Below, piece by piece: positions 24,075 to 36,870 of a DNA stretch of 64,000 bases (position 1 is its first letter; each line of letters starts with the position of its first letter). The notes beneath the pieces are model-generated. The model was not told where the DNA came from. It did no database searches and saw only the letters and a program-made list of their open reading frames with translations. Location of the stretch: positions 59,892,001 through 59,956,000 of the forward strand of contig CM126216.1 of NCBI GenBank assembly GCA_052327205.1, read 5' to 3'. Source of the DNA: Somniosus microcephalus (Eukaryota). The position numbers were made by a program, and so were the translations under genes.

Positions 24075-25080
24075 TTAACTGAAAGTGTCTTCTATTACAG
24101 ACTGACTTATCACACTGGCTGATTGGTTGGTTGTTTGGGCAGACAAGTATTCTGGCTCTTGGTTGGGGTCATCTTCTGTGATCGGTTGACGCTGCATGCC
24201 TTCTGTAGCCTGCTCAAGGTAAGGTCCCTTTGCAGGGTTAAGTTGTGTAACATGCAGCAAGCTACAACCATTTTGAACAATTTTTTTAGTCAGGACTGCA
24301 GCACTCCCTGGATTGATCCAAGGATCTGAAACTTTGCTTCAGGATGCCTTGGTATTAGCATGTGCCTCATTATATCACTCTTCCTCTCTTGTCCTTGGGT
24401 TCTTCAGTTGTAATAAAAAGGCATAGCTGCAGTGGATACCCTTGGTCCCCCAACAGCCATTCATCCAGTCTTCAGGGCCATTCAAATAATGGCAGAACCC
24501 ATGGGTTACTGTAAAATGAATGATTCATGGTAACTGCCAGGGTAGCAGGCATATAGGTGCACAATTCACTCCCTGTCATCACAGACCAGTGTCATTTTGA
24601 TTGAATCGAACCCGCTTCACATTCACGAGAGGAGTGGTGTTACAGCCATGCACTTTGGAGAATCCAATCAGCTGGTAAATGTTCCGGGCTCTCTTGCGTT
24701 CCTGCCTGTTTTCCATGGACAAGTTGAGTCCAGCCTAACAAGGCATTTGTGACTTGCATGATGCAACTATGCAGGCTGGAAGATTTGGCAGATATATCCT
24801 GCTTTGCTTTGAACTACCTTGTAGCATAAAAGTTCAAGGCCGTGATCACTGTGACTGCAATTGACAAAGTCATCTTTGTTTTTGAAGTGGTTTGGAGGTC
24901 TGGTTGCCGGAGTATGCAAAGTTCCATTATGGCCTCCTTGGGGAATTGTTTGCAGATCTTGTCTGACATGTCCATGTATGAATGTTTGGGCCTGTAAACG
25001 TGGCTGACAATGTAAGGGTGAGTTCTCATTGATCTCCTGAGGTGCAATCATACTTGTCTGACATGCCTCCTATGATCCTC
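24075..25080 (-). pseudogene. Decayed PIF/Harbinger (HARBI1-like DDE) transposase
   Basis: Minus-strand motifs in order: YRPKHSYMDMSD...TALNFYAT, ICQIFQP, PGSYHESFILQ, WLLGDQGYPL, YNEAHANT, GILKQSFRSLD, VVACCMLHN; with frameshifts and deletions. Confidence 0.85.
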
Positions 25081-25347
25081 CTCTGCCAGCATCTGCAAAT
25101 AGAGAAGAATGCCTGGAGCAATACCCAAGCTCCTCTAAAAACAGCACACAATGACCAGTCCCTGGGAAAATAGACACAGATGACAGATGTGGTGCAGCTT
25201 TAAGAAGCTCTTAACAAGGCTCCAAAAAGTTTCACTAACCTGCTTTCTTCCAAAACAACAATATAGCACAGAAGCAGTGAATGATAAAGAGCTGCATAGG
25301 AAGCATCAAAATAGCAATGCACCATCAACCTTTACACCTTTAGGTAT

Positions 25348-25755
25348 TAGCTTGGCTCATTGGCAGCACCCTCCCCTCTGAGCCAGAAGATCATGGGTTT
25401 AAGTCTCATTCCAGGACCTGAGTGCAAAATCTAAGCTCACATTTTAGTGCAGTCCTCAGGGGAGTGCTGTATTGCTGGAAGAGTTGTCTTTTGGCTCAGA
25501 TGTTAAAGCGAGGCCTCATCTGCCTGTTCAGATGAATATAAAAGGTCACATGGTGCTATTCGAAGAGAAGCAGGGGAGGTGTCCTGGCCAACATTTATCC
25601 CTCAATCACCAAAACAGATCAACTGGTCATTGCATTTTGTGGGACCTTGCTGTGCATAAATTGGCTTCCTTGTTTGTTTGCATAACAACAGTGACTGCAA
25701 AGAAAATCAGTTTTTTTAAGCACTTGGGGTGCCATGAGGATGTGAAAGGCACAAA
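25348..25755 (+). mobile_element. Deu-domain SINE (SacSINE1-like)
   Basis: tRNA head 'tggctcattggcagcac...gggtttaagtc' plus Deu body 'catggtgctattcgaagagaagcagggg'. Confidence 0.8.
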
Positions 25756-26094
25756 AAAAAAATTATTTCTTAACAACAAAGACCCAACTTGGGAAAAGGG
25801 GCCTTCCACGCAGCAGCTGCTTTATATGGGTGCTGACTATTTGGAACACTGTTCAGGTGTTTTAACTGCATTGTACAGCCTATTTACATTTCTCGGGCTT
25901 TAACTAGCCTAGTGCACAACAGTTACAAAGGCTCTGAGAACCACAGGTGCTTGTGTGATGTATTATTGTACACTCTGTGCATAGGGAGTTGAGCAGGCCC
26001 CAAGCTTCAGCACTCTGTAATGTGAGGAACAGATAGCTAAAGTAAGCAACATTTGGCTGCAGTGCTATTGGTACTAAAGTGGTACATTATCGGC

Positions 26095-26210
26095 CCCATG
26101 GAGAAAGGGCATAAGAAGAGGGATTAAATAGATAGAATTACCATGGCTAACAAAATGAATTGGGTTCGAAGGACCAAATGGCCTATTCCTGTTGCTATGG
26201 TTCTATGTTC
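26095..26210 (+). mobile_element. Old CR1 3' tail
   Basis: 'aaatggcctattcctgttgctatggttctatgttc'. Confidence 0.6.
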
Positions 26211-27409
26211 AGCGATATCTCAAGACTCTCAGTTGAATGCTATGTTGGGGCTCCTTTGAATATTGTGACATTGCTAATAAAGTACCTACCTAGAGACTGA
26301 CTGATCACAAGCAGTGCTGAAGAAGCCAACATAACCATTAGAATTAGGTTCCCCCCAGTGTGCTCTACAGGGGAAGATGAAAATTGCTCCTATCTCTTCA
26401 CAAGATGTAGCAGAGCCAATCATGGAAAAAATGGAGTGGGGGAAAAATCATCAACCCTTGGTGAGAAGGATAAAGGTACAGCTCCTCAATGTCAAACTCT
26501 TCAGTATTCCAGTCCCAGTGTTCCCAGAGAGTATCTGTGAGGTGTGACAGAGCGAGCAGTGAGCTCCAGCAGTCCTCATCTGTTAAAGAGCAGGCAACGG
26601 ATTACTCATATTGTGAAGTTACTTGATAGTGCTCAGTTTTACTTTTAGATAGTAGCGCATGTGACTTATGTGCAAAACCACACAGTACGAATGCCTCTCT
26701 TTTGTTTGGTGATAGCTAAGTGAAGGGGAGATACGGTTCAGTGATTTTCGCTCTTTTTATAAAGTAATTTTTCCTGTTATTTTTACACATTGTCACTGAA
26801 GTACACTCTGCTATCTACACTGGACATCTGTTGTCTGACTTTTGTCTTTTTTTACCTGATTGTGTGAAAAGTTTTGCTTTAAGCCATCTGGGCCTTAAAG
26901 CAAGTCAGCGTAGCGTTGTGCGGCCTGAGGTGTGAAAGCCCTGGGTGTTTTTTTTGTAGGTCTCCTTCTGTTTCTCACCTTCCTTTGCACAATTTAGCTA
27001 AATAGTTAAAATGTCGTTTTAAAAGTAACCAGTTAGACAGCTTCAGCTTGTAAAAAAAACACACAAGCTTTCCCAGCTTGTCTAGCATCCCTCTCCCTGC
27101 ACTGTGAGGGACGCCCTTCAATGTGAAACCCTACAGCGAGTTCAAACCTCTCATCAGTCAGACTGGGACAATGAAATGCGATCTGGAAATTTTATTCTTC
27201 TGAAGCCTACAGAAACACTTTTACACCATTTCTTCACCAAATGTGATACTGCTGACACCACCTTTGATTGGAGAATTCAGTAGATTACTGGTAAGTGTGC
27301 AATTTGTTCACCACAGACTTAGCAAACTCATTTATCATTGTCAGCCACGGGGTGTGTGTTGGTTGGGGATTTCCTAACATTTGATTCAGCTTGCTATTTT
27401 TCCCCAGCT

Positions 27410-27650
27410 TCCCACTTTGCATTTCTGAAGGCACTGAGTCTTGCTGGGTTACACAGGCAGTAGCTGCCCAGGTGGCCATTCTTCATGTGTGAGGTAGTGA
27501 GTGCCAACAAGCTATTTGACCATTGAGGGCATCACAGCCAAACTTGATCCTGTCCTTACCCAGTGTTTACATTCATGCATTTCCCAGAACTGATAATTAG
27601 GTATCAATCAGGACTGGAAAGTCTGGCTGAATTTACGTCTCCCTACCAAT
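27410..27650 (-). mobile_element. SINE-B fragment
   Basis: 'gtggccattcttcatgtgtgag...gagggcatcacagcc...gatcctgtcc'. Confidence 0.65.
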
Positions 27651-27853
27651 TTAAAAACATTTAAAAGAATACATATGTATTGTAAGTGTTACAGAAGGGG
27701 AAGGGGTGAAACTGATATACACTGTAAATGTTACTGGAGGGCAGTTGCTGATGTATATTGTAAATGTTACTAGGAGAGGGTGCTGTTCTGGTGCATCTCT
27801 CAGTCTTGTTAAACTGCCCTCATTCAGCATTGCTTATGAGAGCATGCTGACTG

Positions 27854-27971
27854 AGGGGGTAACTTTAACCTAAACCGCCTAGTGGGAAACGGAGGGAATT
27901 GGAGTGGCCACCCGTTTCCCACCCCACCTGATTTTACTTTCCATTAATGGCAGGTTGGGTTAAAATTACCT
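27854..27971. mobile_element. Short degenerate MITE
   Basis: Ends GGGGTAACTTTAACC and GGTTAAAATTACC are inverted. Confidence 0.5.
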
Positions 27972-30900
27972 TGTGATTCTGGTAGGTGGTGCAAGTTGTT
28001 CTAAATTCTTACTCATACTGCAGTACCTTTATCTCCCATAAGTTGGTAGAACTCCTTTAACAGAAAGGAATGGAACATGTCTGATAGACTTCCAGTGTAA
28101 CTGATATGAAACACGTTAAGCGCTCTTTTCATTTTGACCTCTTGTGTTTCAACGGAAGCGGGGAGGGGGCAGGGGGAAACTATATCTGTTCTGCAGGCAT
28201 GCAGTTTAGTATTGTATGGGATGTATGTTGTACATCGAATTTAAGCCCTTCAGCACAAACCTCTAGATATGAATGGTATGTATAACATTAACCTATAGGT
28301 TGCAACGTCACAAGCTCTGGAACGGTATGTGCACTCCAGAATAGGAAGTCATCTAGAACTGTAATTACTGCTACATAGGGACAAAACTCCAAAACAGTAT
28401 TGGCAAATACAGTTTACTTCAGTCAATTTAAAGTGAATATGTTGAGGTCAGTGATACAGTCTGGTTTTTATTTTATAAAAGAGTGAAGTAAAAATCCCGC
28501 GCACCAACTGTTTACAATTGTTGTTTTACTAAGTGACTTTCAATGTTCTCCTTTCCTATGTGCTCTCCCTCTTTTCTCCCAATTCCCTTGTTTATTTTGT
28601 ACTGGCAGATTGCAATGATATAGACTGTGGCCTTCTCCATAGCTGTCATCAATGACCTCTGTTATAAACTGACAGGATGCACAATCCAAGTAAGCTGAGC
28701 CTCGCCAATGTGTCTCCTTCTGTCAAGAAGGAATAAGCTTGCAGAAACAGATAATGTATAGGTGTGCTATATATAACCTAGGCTTTCTGTAAGTTCCCTG
28801 CCAGCTGTATGTTTTTCCTGGTATGGCAATGCAGGCTGAAGCTCAGTGACTCAGAAATGAGTACGAGCATGCTGCCCAGACTTGGTTGGAGCGATTACAC
28901 CTGGGAGATAGTTGCATTTTAACTGTCTCAGTTTGAACTCACTGCACCAGCGCCCGAGCCAAGGTGCCCCATGACCCTGGCTGGCAGCTAGCTTGTGTGT
29001 GGCTCTGAGTTCAAGGGCAATGAGGTCACCTCAAGTCAAACCCAACACAAAATCAGAACCAAGTTCAATTGGGTCAAATTCTATGGATTAGCCTGAAGCT
29101 AGGCTTTGATGGAAGTAGGCATCTAATGGCAGCCAGTATTGTAGGAGTTAAAGTGCAGTGCTGAATGCTGACTATAATGTGAAACCTCCAACTCACTCTC
29201 GACTGGAAGTCAGTCTGGCACACAGTCCCTTCTGAATATTAATGACAAAAGGTTTTGTATGACTGGAATTTATTAAGGCTGTGGTAACCTATGGTTAAAA
29301 ATGGTGTGAGGGCCAGTTTGAATGCACTGCTTGCTGGCACTAACACGCTATGTTTTGACGAAGATGTATTGTGCACCTGCCACAAAATGGGAAGGGGTTT
29401 AGTGGAAATGCTTGAGAGGAATTACTTTAATTTTCCTTCACCTGGTGGGGTAAGTGAACCAGCAGCGCAGGATGTTTGAAGGGACACTGGACAAAACTAG
29501 GGTACAATGACACTCCAGGAACCTCTGCTATTTTGTTAAGTGCTCTTTGGGTGCAATATAAATAATTTTAAAATCAGGTGTCATCATGGTAAAGTGCTCT
29601 GTAGTACACTGTGTTACATTTAGAAACACAATGGGATCATGCATCACTGTACATTTTTTATACTTTAATAAAATCCATGATAAAAATATGAAAGCTACAC
29701 ATTGAAAAGAGTTTCCCCGCAGCATATATATAACGTCTGCTACAAAGTGAATGAATCCACACAAGCAACAGCATTTTCATAACCAGCTGTTTGAGGAAAT
29801 GAGTACCCTTGCCCCAAATGTTCTGTCCCTTTAAGGATGAAAACTTCTAAAGAAGAATGACTGGTGCCACAGGGGTAGGATCAAGGGCTGTGAGTAAATG
29901 TGTTGTTTTAGTGCAAAAGAAAGTCTAAAAGTGCAGTTTGTTTGAGGGGGGATGGATTAGAGAGCACGAGAGATAATGAGATTGGTGCACCAGACCCACC
30001 TCCCACAGGGTAACAGGTTGTATCTAATTCCCTTATGACTTCAGAACAGCTGTACTATATGTTCTGTCTGATGGAAGATTTTTGTAACATGTTCATGTCC
30101 AATATTGCACTTGTGCAGGTGTTGGGCCTGTATTTCATCAAAAGCTTACACATATGTAGTGCCTTTCAGCCAGTGGAACACCCCCTGCCTTGCACCCCCC
30201 ACCCCCATCCCCGGTACTTCACAGGGTAATTTGGTATTTGGACACCAAGCAGGAATTGGGAGAAGAATTAGAGAAAGTAACCAAAGGTAAGGTCGAAAAG
30301 GTAGGTTTTGAGGAAGGTTCTGAAGGTTGGGAGAGACATAGTGAGGCAAAGGGATTAGGAATAGGATTCCAGAGTAAAACTTTCATCACAGGATAAATAT
30401 GGACCCGGAAGGCCATTTTTCCAGAAAGATCCTACACTCTATTTTTCAACTTCATCCTTATCTACTTCAACTTCATTTATGGAGGAGTGGCTGAAAGCTC
30501 TGCCACTGATTATGGAGTGGAAAGTGGTTGGGATGCTCAATATTTCAAATGCAAAAGAGTGGGGAGTGACAGATGTGGTGTAGGGCTGGAGAGCCTTGTT
30601 TCGAACAAGGCAAAGCCAAACTGTCAGATTTAAAAAGTGAAATCAGTTGGAAAGGTCCTATCATTTTAATTGGAGCCTGTTCAATTATGCTATAGGTTCT
30701 GGGAGAAACCTGTGTCCAAATAGTATTGCCTTGGTTTCTTTCATTGGAGAGTGAGAGACAGAATGAGAGAAGCCCTGTAAGAATCCCAGCACCAGCAACA
30801 TACATCAGCTAGACAGCCTTTAACCAGAAAGGAAAACAGAATGAAGAGAGAAAGTGAGCATCATAGCCAAGTCTGATCCAGACTTCCTGGTCTGCATGGC

Positions 30901-31182
30901 TTAGTATCACACTAGACTATATATCTACCTCACTAGGCCACTGTGGGGTGTATTTTGTTTATTTTCATATTAATTTTGGCTTCAGACCCACTAGATTGGA
31001 GGGAGTTCAAATTCAACATTAAGTCAAGCTTCTGCAATGGTCCTAACACTTTAAGATGGAACGATTGTTAGTGTTCTCAGTTACACAGATACACACTCGC
31101 ACATTGTTATCAGTCACTTCAGAGCTCATAAAAGAAAAAGAAAATAATGAACTGCACTGATGAGCCGTGGACTTATGTGGTA

Positions 31183-31580
31183 CTTGCATTTATATAACAC
31201 CTTGTCATGTCACTGAGGACATCCCAAAGCACTTCACATGCAATGAATTGCTTTTTGAAGCAGTCATTATTGTTATGTAGGCAAACAGGGGGAGCTATTT
31301 TTCACATAGCAATATCCTACAAACAGCAATGGGATGAACAACCAGTTAATATATTTTTGGTGTTGGTTGAGGGAGGAATGAGAACTCCCTGCTTTTAATA
31401 TAGTGCAACTGAACAGGGGGGGGCCTCAGATAATATCTCATCCAAAGAATGGCAACTCTAACAATGCAGCACTCCCACAGATCTGCACTGGAGTGTCAGC
31501 CTAGATTATGTATTCCAATCCTGGTTTGAACCCATAATATTCTCAGAGACAATTTGCTACTGGATAAATCAAGGTGACAC
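31183..31580 (-). mobile_element. Deu-domain SINE (SacSINE1-like), diverged
   Basis: 'cttgcatttatata...ggacatcccaaagc...gcactggagtgtcagcctagatt'. Confidence 0.75.
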
Positions 31581-31584
31581 TCAC

Positions 31585-31905
31585 ATGGACCAGAAAGAGC
31601 CAATTTGGTGCCCAGTCCATGCTGATTTAGCTGACTGTAGCTAGGGGAGCACCCTGAATGCTATAATTTGGCTTAGTGCCCCTGGGCTAGGAAGGAAAGA
31701 AACAAGCCAAAGTTGCCACTCCTCATTACTATCTAGTGATCCCTGCTGGAGAGTGTGCCGGTTGCGCTATTAAACGAGAAGAGGATTGGCTGGGCCGTGA
31801 TTCCTTTTGTGTAGCCTGCCACCGCTCACAGACCAAATTCATAAGAACAGCCATTGGGCTGGGGACTGGAGGGCAGCTGGCACCTGTGGAACCAAGCCCC
31901 ATTGA
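31585..31905 (+). mobile_element. SINE-B copy
   Basis: 'tagctgact...agtgcccctgggctagg...ccctgctgga...gtggaacc'. Confidence 0.6.
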
Positions 31906-33139
31906 GTACATGCATTTTGGGGATAAGATAGGAGAAAATTGTTGATAGGTAACACTGCCATCCAATCACAGCAAGATGTTTTTGTACTTGAGTACAAAAT
32001 ACAAACTTAGCAAAACAAAAATAATTTCGAACATTAAACCTTCCATGCACCAAAAATAGATCTAGGAATCTATGGGGCAGTGAGCTGATAGAAAACATCC
32101 CAGTGGCTTTTATGTTATAATTGTGCTTTGTAAAATTGTAATTTATGTTATGATGAAGCCTGACGGGAGAAAATCAAAATAATACATGGTGCATTATTAA
32201 TAGTTCCTCCGTTAAACTGAAAAAAAAGTCAAACTGTCTGTACATAGACTAAATGCAACCTTATATCACATAGAGCTGGAATGCTAATTTATGAAATACA
32301 GGCGAAAAAGATGTGGAAAAATTGCATTCTAACCACATCCTTTTTGTGGGCTTTGAGTTCCCATCTCCACCACCACTGCCCCCCGCTCCCCCCCCCACCA
32401 CTAATTTGCAAAGCATGATTCAAGACCCCTGTGGAAGGTCCCGGGGAGTAGCAGACTGACCTGGCCGCACATGTTGCCCAGCTGGACCTGCTCCTGCTGT
32501 TTAGAGAAACGGTAGGGTGTTGGGGGGTGGTGGAAGGGGTATAGGGTGCACAGCTTAAATGGGAAAAAATGTAGGCAGGAAGAAAAAGCGTTTGTTTTCT
32601 TGCACAGCAACACAAATATTTCACTAAACAAGCGGTTGACAATGAAGGGCATTATGGAAATAGGAGCTGCCTCGTGAAAAATGTCATGTTTGAGTTTATG
32701 TTTGAAAGGCGTCTTACACAGGTTTAACTGTTTCAGTGACAAATGCAATATGTGTGTTACCCATCTACCATGGAGGGCTCATTAAAAATGCTTCAACTCC
32801 ACTATTGATTTTAGTTCTATAGACCAGACTAGGCTGTAGAACTTTGAAAGATCCTTGCATATATTTTTTACAGCTATCCAGTTGTAGATTTTACAATGGT
32901 TTGAGAGCCCTAACTGCTCCAATGGGATTTAATCGGCAAGCCCGTGATTGCTATATCTTTTACTGTCTCATAAAGAATATGCAGGTAAAAATTGATTCAT
33001 CCTTTTTTTTAGTTTTGGCAAGGGTATGTTGCTTATGTAAACAGTGTGCTGCGCTCTGCGTACACCCAACAGCAGACTCTGACGAGTGGTCATTGGGGTA
33101 TTGGGAATTAAATTTAATGTGATTTGAAATAGCCAATTC

Positions 33140-33420
33140 TTACATGTGTGCGAATGAACTGTGTGAGTGTATATGCATGCGTATGAGGAGTGGCTGACTG
33201 TACGTACATGCTTGCATGTTTGTGTGTATGCGAGTGTTAATGTGCGTGTGTGTAAGTGAGGATGTTAGTGAGCTTATGTAAGTAAATGTGCATGGTCTGA
33301 GTGTTGTCTGGAATTGTGTGGTGTGACCATAAATGGTGCAGTGCAAATTTGTGTGTGAAAATAATGTTGATTGTACATTAATATAGTAAGAGTGTGAGGT
33401 GAATGATTATATGGAAAAAT
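33140..33420. repeat. Degenerate GT-rich low-complexity tract
   Basis: Decayed (TG)n composition. Confidence 0.6.
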
Positions 33421-33524
33421 GTGGTGTCATTGCATATGAGAGCGTCTTTTACTTGCACCCCCCCCACCGCCCAGCCGCCCCCCCCCCTTGCCCAGGAATC
33501 ACAGACACAATGGTAAATTTTAAT

Positions 33525-33707
33525 GGGGTATTTTCACCATTTTCATTTGGGCAGTAAGCTGGCAGAGCAGATCACCTGCCAGTTATAGAACCTGCCAATT
33601 TTATTTTCATTGATTTCAGTGGAAATGAAAAGGAAGTGGATTCTAAAACAGGCGAATGATCCACTCCACCAGTTTACTGTCCAAGCGGTAAAGGTAAAAA
33701 TTACCCT
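33525..33707. mobile_element. Short degenerate palindromic MITE
   Basis: 'ggggtattttcacc' ... 'ggtaaaaattaccc', with internal inverted segments. Confidence 0.45.
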
Positions 33708-33851
33708 CAAAATGCCTGTTAGAATGGATCACACTTTTGCCTATGAGTGTGTGTGTGTCTGTGTATCTAATGCCCTGCAGCAATAACCATATAAAGAGAG
33801 AGTCGCATGGTTAAATCCTTGCAAAATATGTAACCAGTTTTATACAAAGAG

Positions 33852-36276
33852 ATTGCTACTTTTAGCGCCCCGAAAAAAATTAGCGCCCCCGCAGCCGAAA
33901 TTCACAAGAGGGAAGTGGGGTGCTACTGGAAGCGCCCCGCCTCCCTCTTGGGGCGCTGCAAGGGAATATCATGGCACTACGTGCTGCAGCACCACGCTCT
34001 GCAACACGTTGCGCCGCGGTACTGCAGGCCTTTCTCCCCTTCTTAAAGGGGAGGGGCCTTGCGCAACGTGACCCGGGGCCCATAGAAACATAGAAACATA
34101 GAAGATAGGAGCAGGAGTAGGCCATTCGGCCCCTCGAGCCTGCTCCGCCATTCAATGCGATCATGGCTGATCGTCCAAATTCAGTACCCAGTCCCTGCTT
34201 TCTCCCCATACCCCTTGATCCCTTTAGTCTTGAGAAATATATCCAACTCCTTCTTGAATATATTTAATGAATTGGCCTCTACTGCTTTCTGTGGTAGAGA
34301 ATTCCACAGGTTCACCACTCTCTGGGTGAAGAAATTCCTCCTCATCTCTGTCCTAAATGGCTTACCCCTTATCCTTAGACTGTGACCCCTGGTTCTGGAC
34401 TCCCCGACCATCAGGAACATCCTTCCAGCATCTAGCCTGTCTAGTCCTGTTAGAATTTTATAAGTTTCAATGAGATCCCCTCTCATTCTTCTAAACTCCA
34501 GCGAGTACAAGCCCAATCGATCCAATCTCTCCTCATACGTCATTCCTGCCATCCCAGGTATCAGCCTGGTGAATCTTCGCTGAACTCCTTCCATGGCAAG
34601 AACATCCTTCCTCAGATAAGGCGACCAAAACTGCACACAATACTCAAGATGTGGTCTCACCAAGGCCCTGTTCAACTGCAGCAAGACATCCTTGTTCCTG
34701 TACTCAAACCCTCTCGCTACGAAGGCCAACATACCATTTGCCTTCTTAACCGCCTGCTGCACCTGCATGCTTACCTTCAGCGACTGGTGCACAAGGACAC
34801 CCAGGTCTCATTGGCAATAGATTAGGAGAAGGGGAAGTGCATTCAGATAATCTGCCTTCCTGTTTTTGCTACCAAAGTGGATAACCTCACATTTATCCAC
34901 GTTATATTGCATCTGCCATGCTTCTGCCCAATCACCCAACCTGTCCAAATCATCCTGGAGTTTCTCAGTATCCTCCTCACAGCACACACGCCCACCCAGC
35001 TTTGTGTCGTCTGCAAATTTGGAGATATTATATCTGGTTCCCTTGTCTAGATCATTAATATATATTGTGAATAGCTGGGGTCCAAGAGCCGATCCCTGCG
35101 GTACCCCACTAGTCACTGCCTGCCACTCGGAAAAAGACCCGTTTATTCCAACACTTTGCTTTCTGTCTGCCAACCAGTTCTCTATCCAAGTCAGTACCTT
35201 GCCCCCAATCCCATGGGCCTTAACTTTACACGCTAATCTCTTATGCGGGACCTTATCGAAAGCCTTCTGAAAGTCCAAATACACCACATCCACTGGTTCT
35301 CCCTTATCTATTTTACCAGTTACATCCTCAAAAAATTCCAGTAGATTAGTCAAGCACGATTTACCCTTTGTAAATCCGTGTTGACTTTGTCCGATCCTGT
35401 CACTGTTTTCCAAGTGCTCTGCTATTACATCTTTTATAATGGACTCTAGCATTTTCCCCACTACCGATGTCAGGCTTACCGGTCTGTAATTCCTCGTTTT
35501 CTCTCTACCACCTTTTTTGAATAGTGGGATAACATTAACTACCCTCCAATCCATGAGTACTGTTCCAGGTTCCATCGAATGTTGGAAGATGATCAGCAAT
35601 GCATCTAATATTTCTAGGGCCACTTCCTTAAGTACCCTAGGATGTAGATTATCAGGCCCTGAGGATTTATCAGCCTTCAATCTCATCAATTTCCTTAACA
35701 CAATTTCCCTACAAATACTGATTTATTTCAGTTCCTCCCTTTCATCAGACCCTATGTTCCCCGACATCTCTGGGAGGTTATTTGTGTCCTCCTTTGTGGG
35801 CCACCAGGGATTGGAGTGGCGGCAAAAGAGCCCGGCACTCAAGAGAAGTGCCGGGCTCACGGAACGCAGCCGGCACTCCACAGGGGGGCTGCAGAGGAGG
35901 CCGGGGATGGCAGAGGGGGCAAGTGCTGGCAGGTGGCCAGCAACAAAAATGGCCACCCAGCACCTCCCCTTTAATTTGCGCCGCCCCGGCCACAAGTAGG
36001 CTCCCCTGACCCAGTCAGACATAGCGTCCGGCAGTAAATCAGAGGGTGTTACCGAAGATCGTGGCCGGGGCGCGAGCGGGGCGCTGCGCATGGTGATTAT
36101 GTCATTGACGGCGGCACAGTGCTATGGGATGCTAACGGTTACCGCCACCGCTAACCTCCCACTGAATTTCATGGGAGGCGTTGGCGGCGCTGCGCCCAGG
36201 TGCCAGTTGCTTTGCACCCCGTTAGCGCCCTCCTAGGGCGCTAACAGGAGGCGCAAAGCCACCAAATTTTTAGGCC
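33852..36276. mobile_element. GC-rich MITE (same family as 42278-42946) split by a young CR1
   Basis: 33852-34082 plus 35798-36276 align collinearly with 42278-42946; right end AATTTTTAGGCC. Confidence 0.85.
34081..35797 (-). mobile_element. Young 5'-truncated CR1 LINE with near-intact reverse transcriptase
   Basis: ORFs 34808-35701 (KSSGPDNLHPRVLKE...NYRPVSLTS...YLDFQKAFD...GVPQGSALGP...FADDTKLG) and 34181-34792; (CATAGAAA)n tail at 34081. Confidence 0.97.
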
Positions 36277-36549
36277 AATGACTATATTGAGGGTAAAACT
36301 TTAATGGGCAGCCGGTCTGCTACCACCCATTTTGCAATCCCGCTGTGTTGAATTTTACCCCAATTGTGTCTGTCGCTAGACATAGGCCCAATATTACGCT
36401 GGGTGCTGTGGAGTTTTCAGAGCAACAACCTGCCAATAGCTCCCCGGTAAGATGACTCTGTTAATCTATACATTTCTTTGTATGTTGTGATATATTTGGC
36501 TTAGTAGCAAAGGTTAGCCTCTTGTGATTGTGCTGACCTAGTAAGAAGA

Positions 36550-36870
36550 AATTTCCTATTGTGACATCAATGACTGCAACAAGGAATTACCTGTTGTGAG
36601 ATCACTGATATAGTGACAAAGAGCAGCCTAATGTGATGTCACTGACATAGTAACAAGAAATGGCCTGTTGTGATGTCACTGACTTAGCAAACAAGAAGTA
36701 GCCTATTATGACATCACAAACATAGCAACAAGAAATGGCTTATAGTGACATAGCAACACAAACTAGCTTACACTGACATCACTGGCTTGGCTTAGCAACA
36801 AGGAATGGCCTATTGTGACATTGTTAATTTAGCGCACTGATTGGCCTGTTGTGGAATTAGTAGCTTAGCA
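36550..36870. repeat. Degenerate 37-bp minisatellite (about 8-9 units)
   Basis: Unit approx. gcctattgtgacatcactgacatagcaacaagaaatg; starts at 36626, 36663 and 36701. Confidence 0.85.

Noticed and set aside
24075-25080. Domesticated HARBI1 gene
   Set aside because: Multiple frameshifts, stops and a deletion over the catalytic region fit a dead transposon copy.
34181-35701. Retron, group II intron or other prokaryotic RT system
   Set aside because: Motifs (YLDFQKAFD, GVPQGS, FADDTKL) and the CATAGAAA tail are diagnostic of a vertebrate CR1 LINE.
35828-35858. shRNA-vector-like loop (TCAAGAGA) suggesting synthetic contamination
   Set aside because: The stem is only 12 bp, the motif is integral to a repeated native MITE, and a relative has a different loop.
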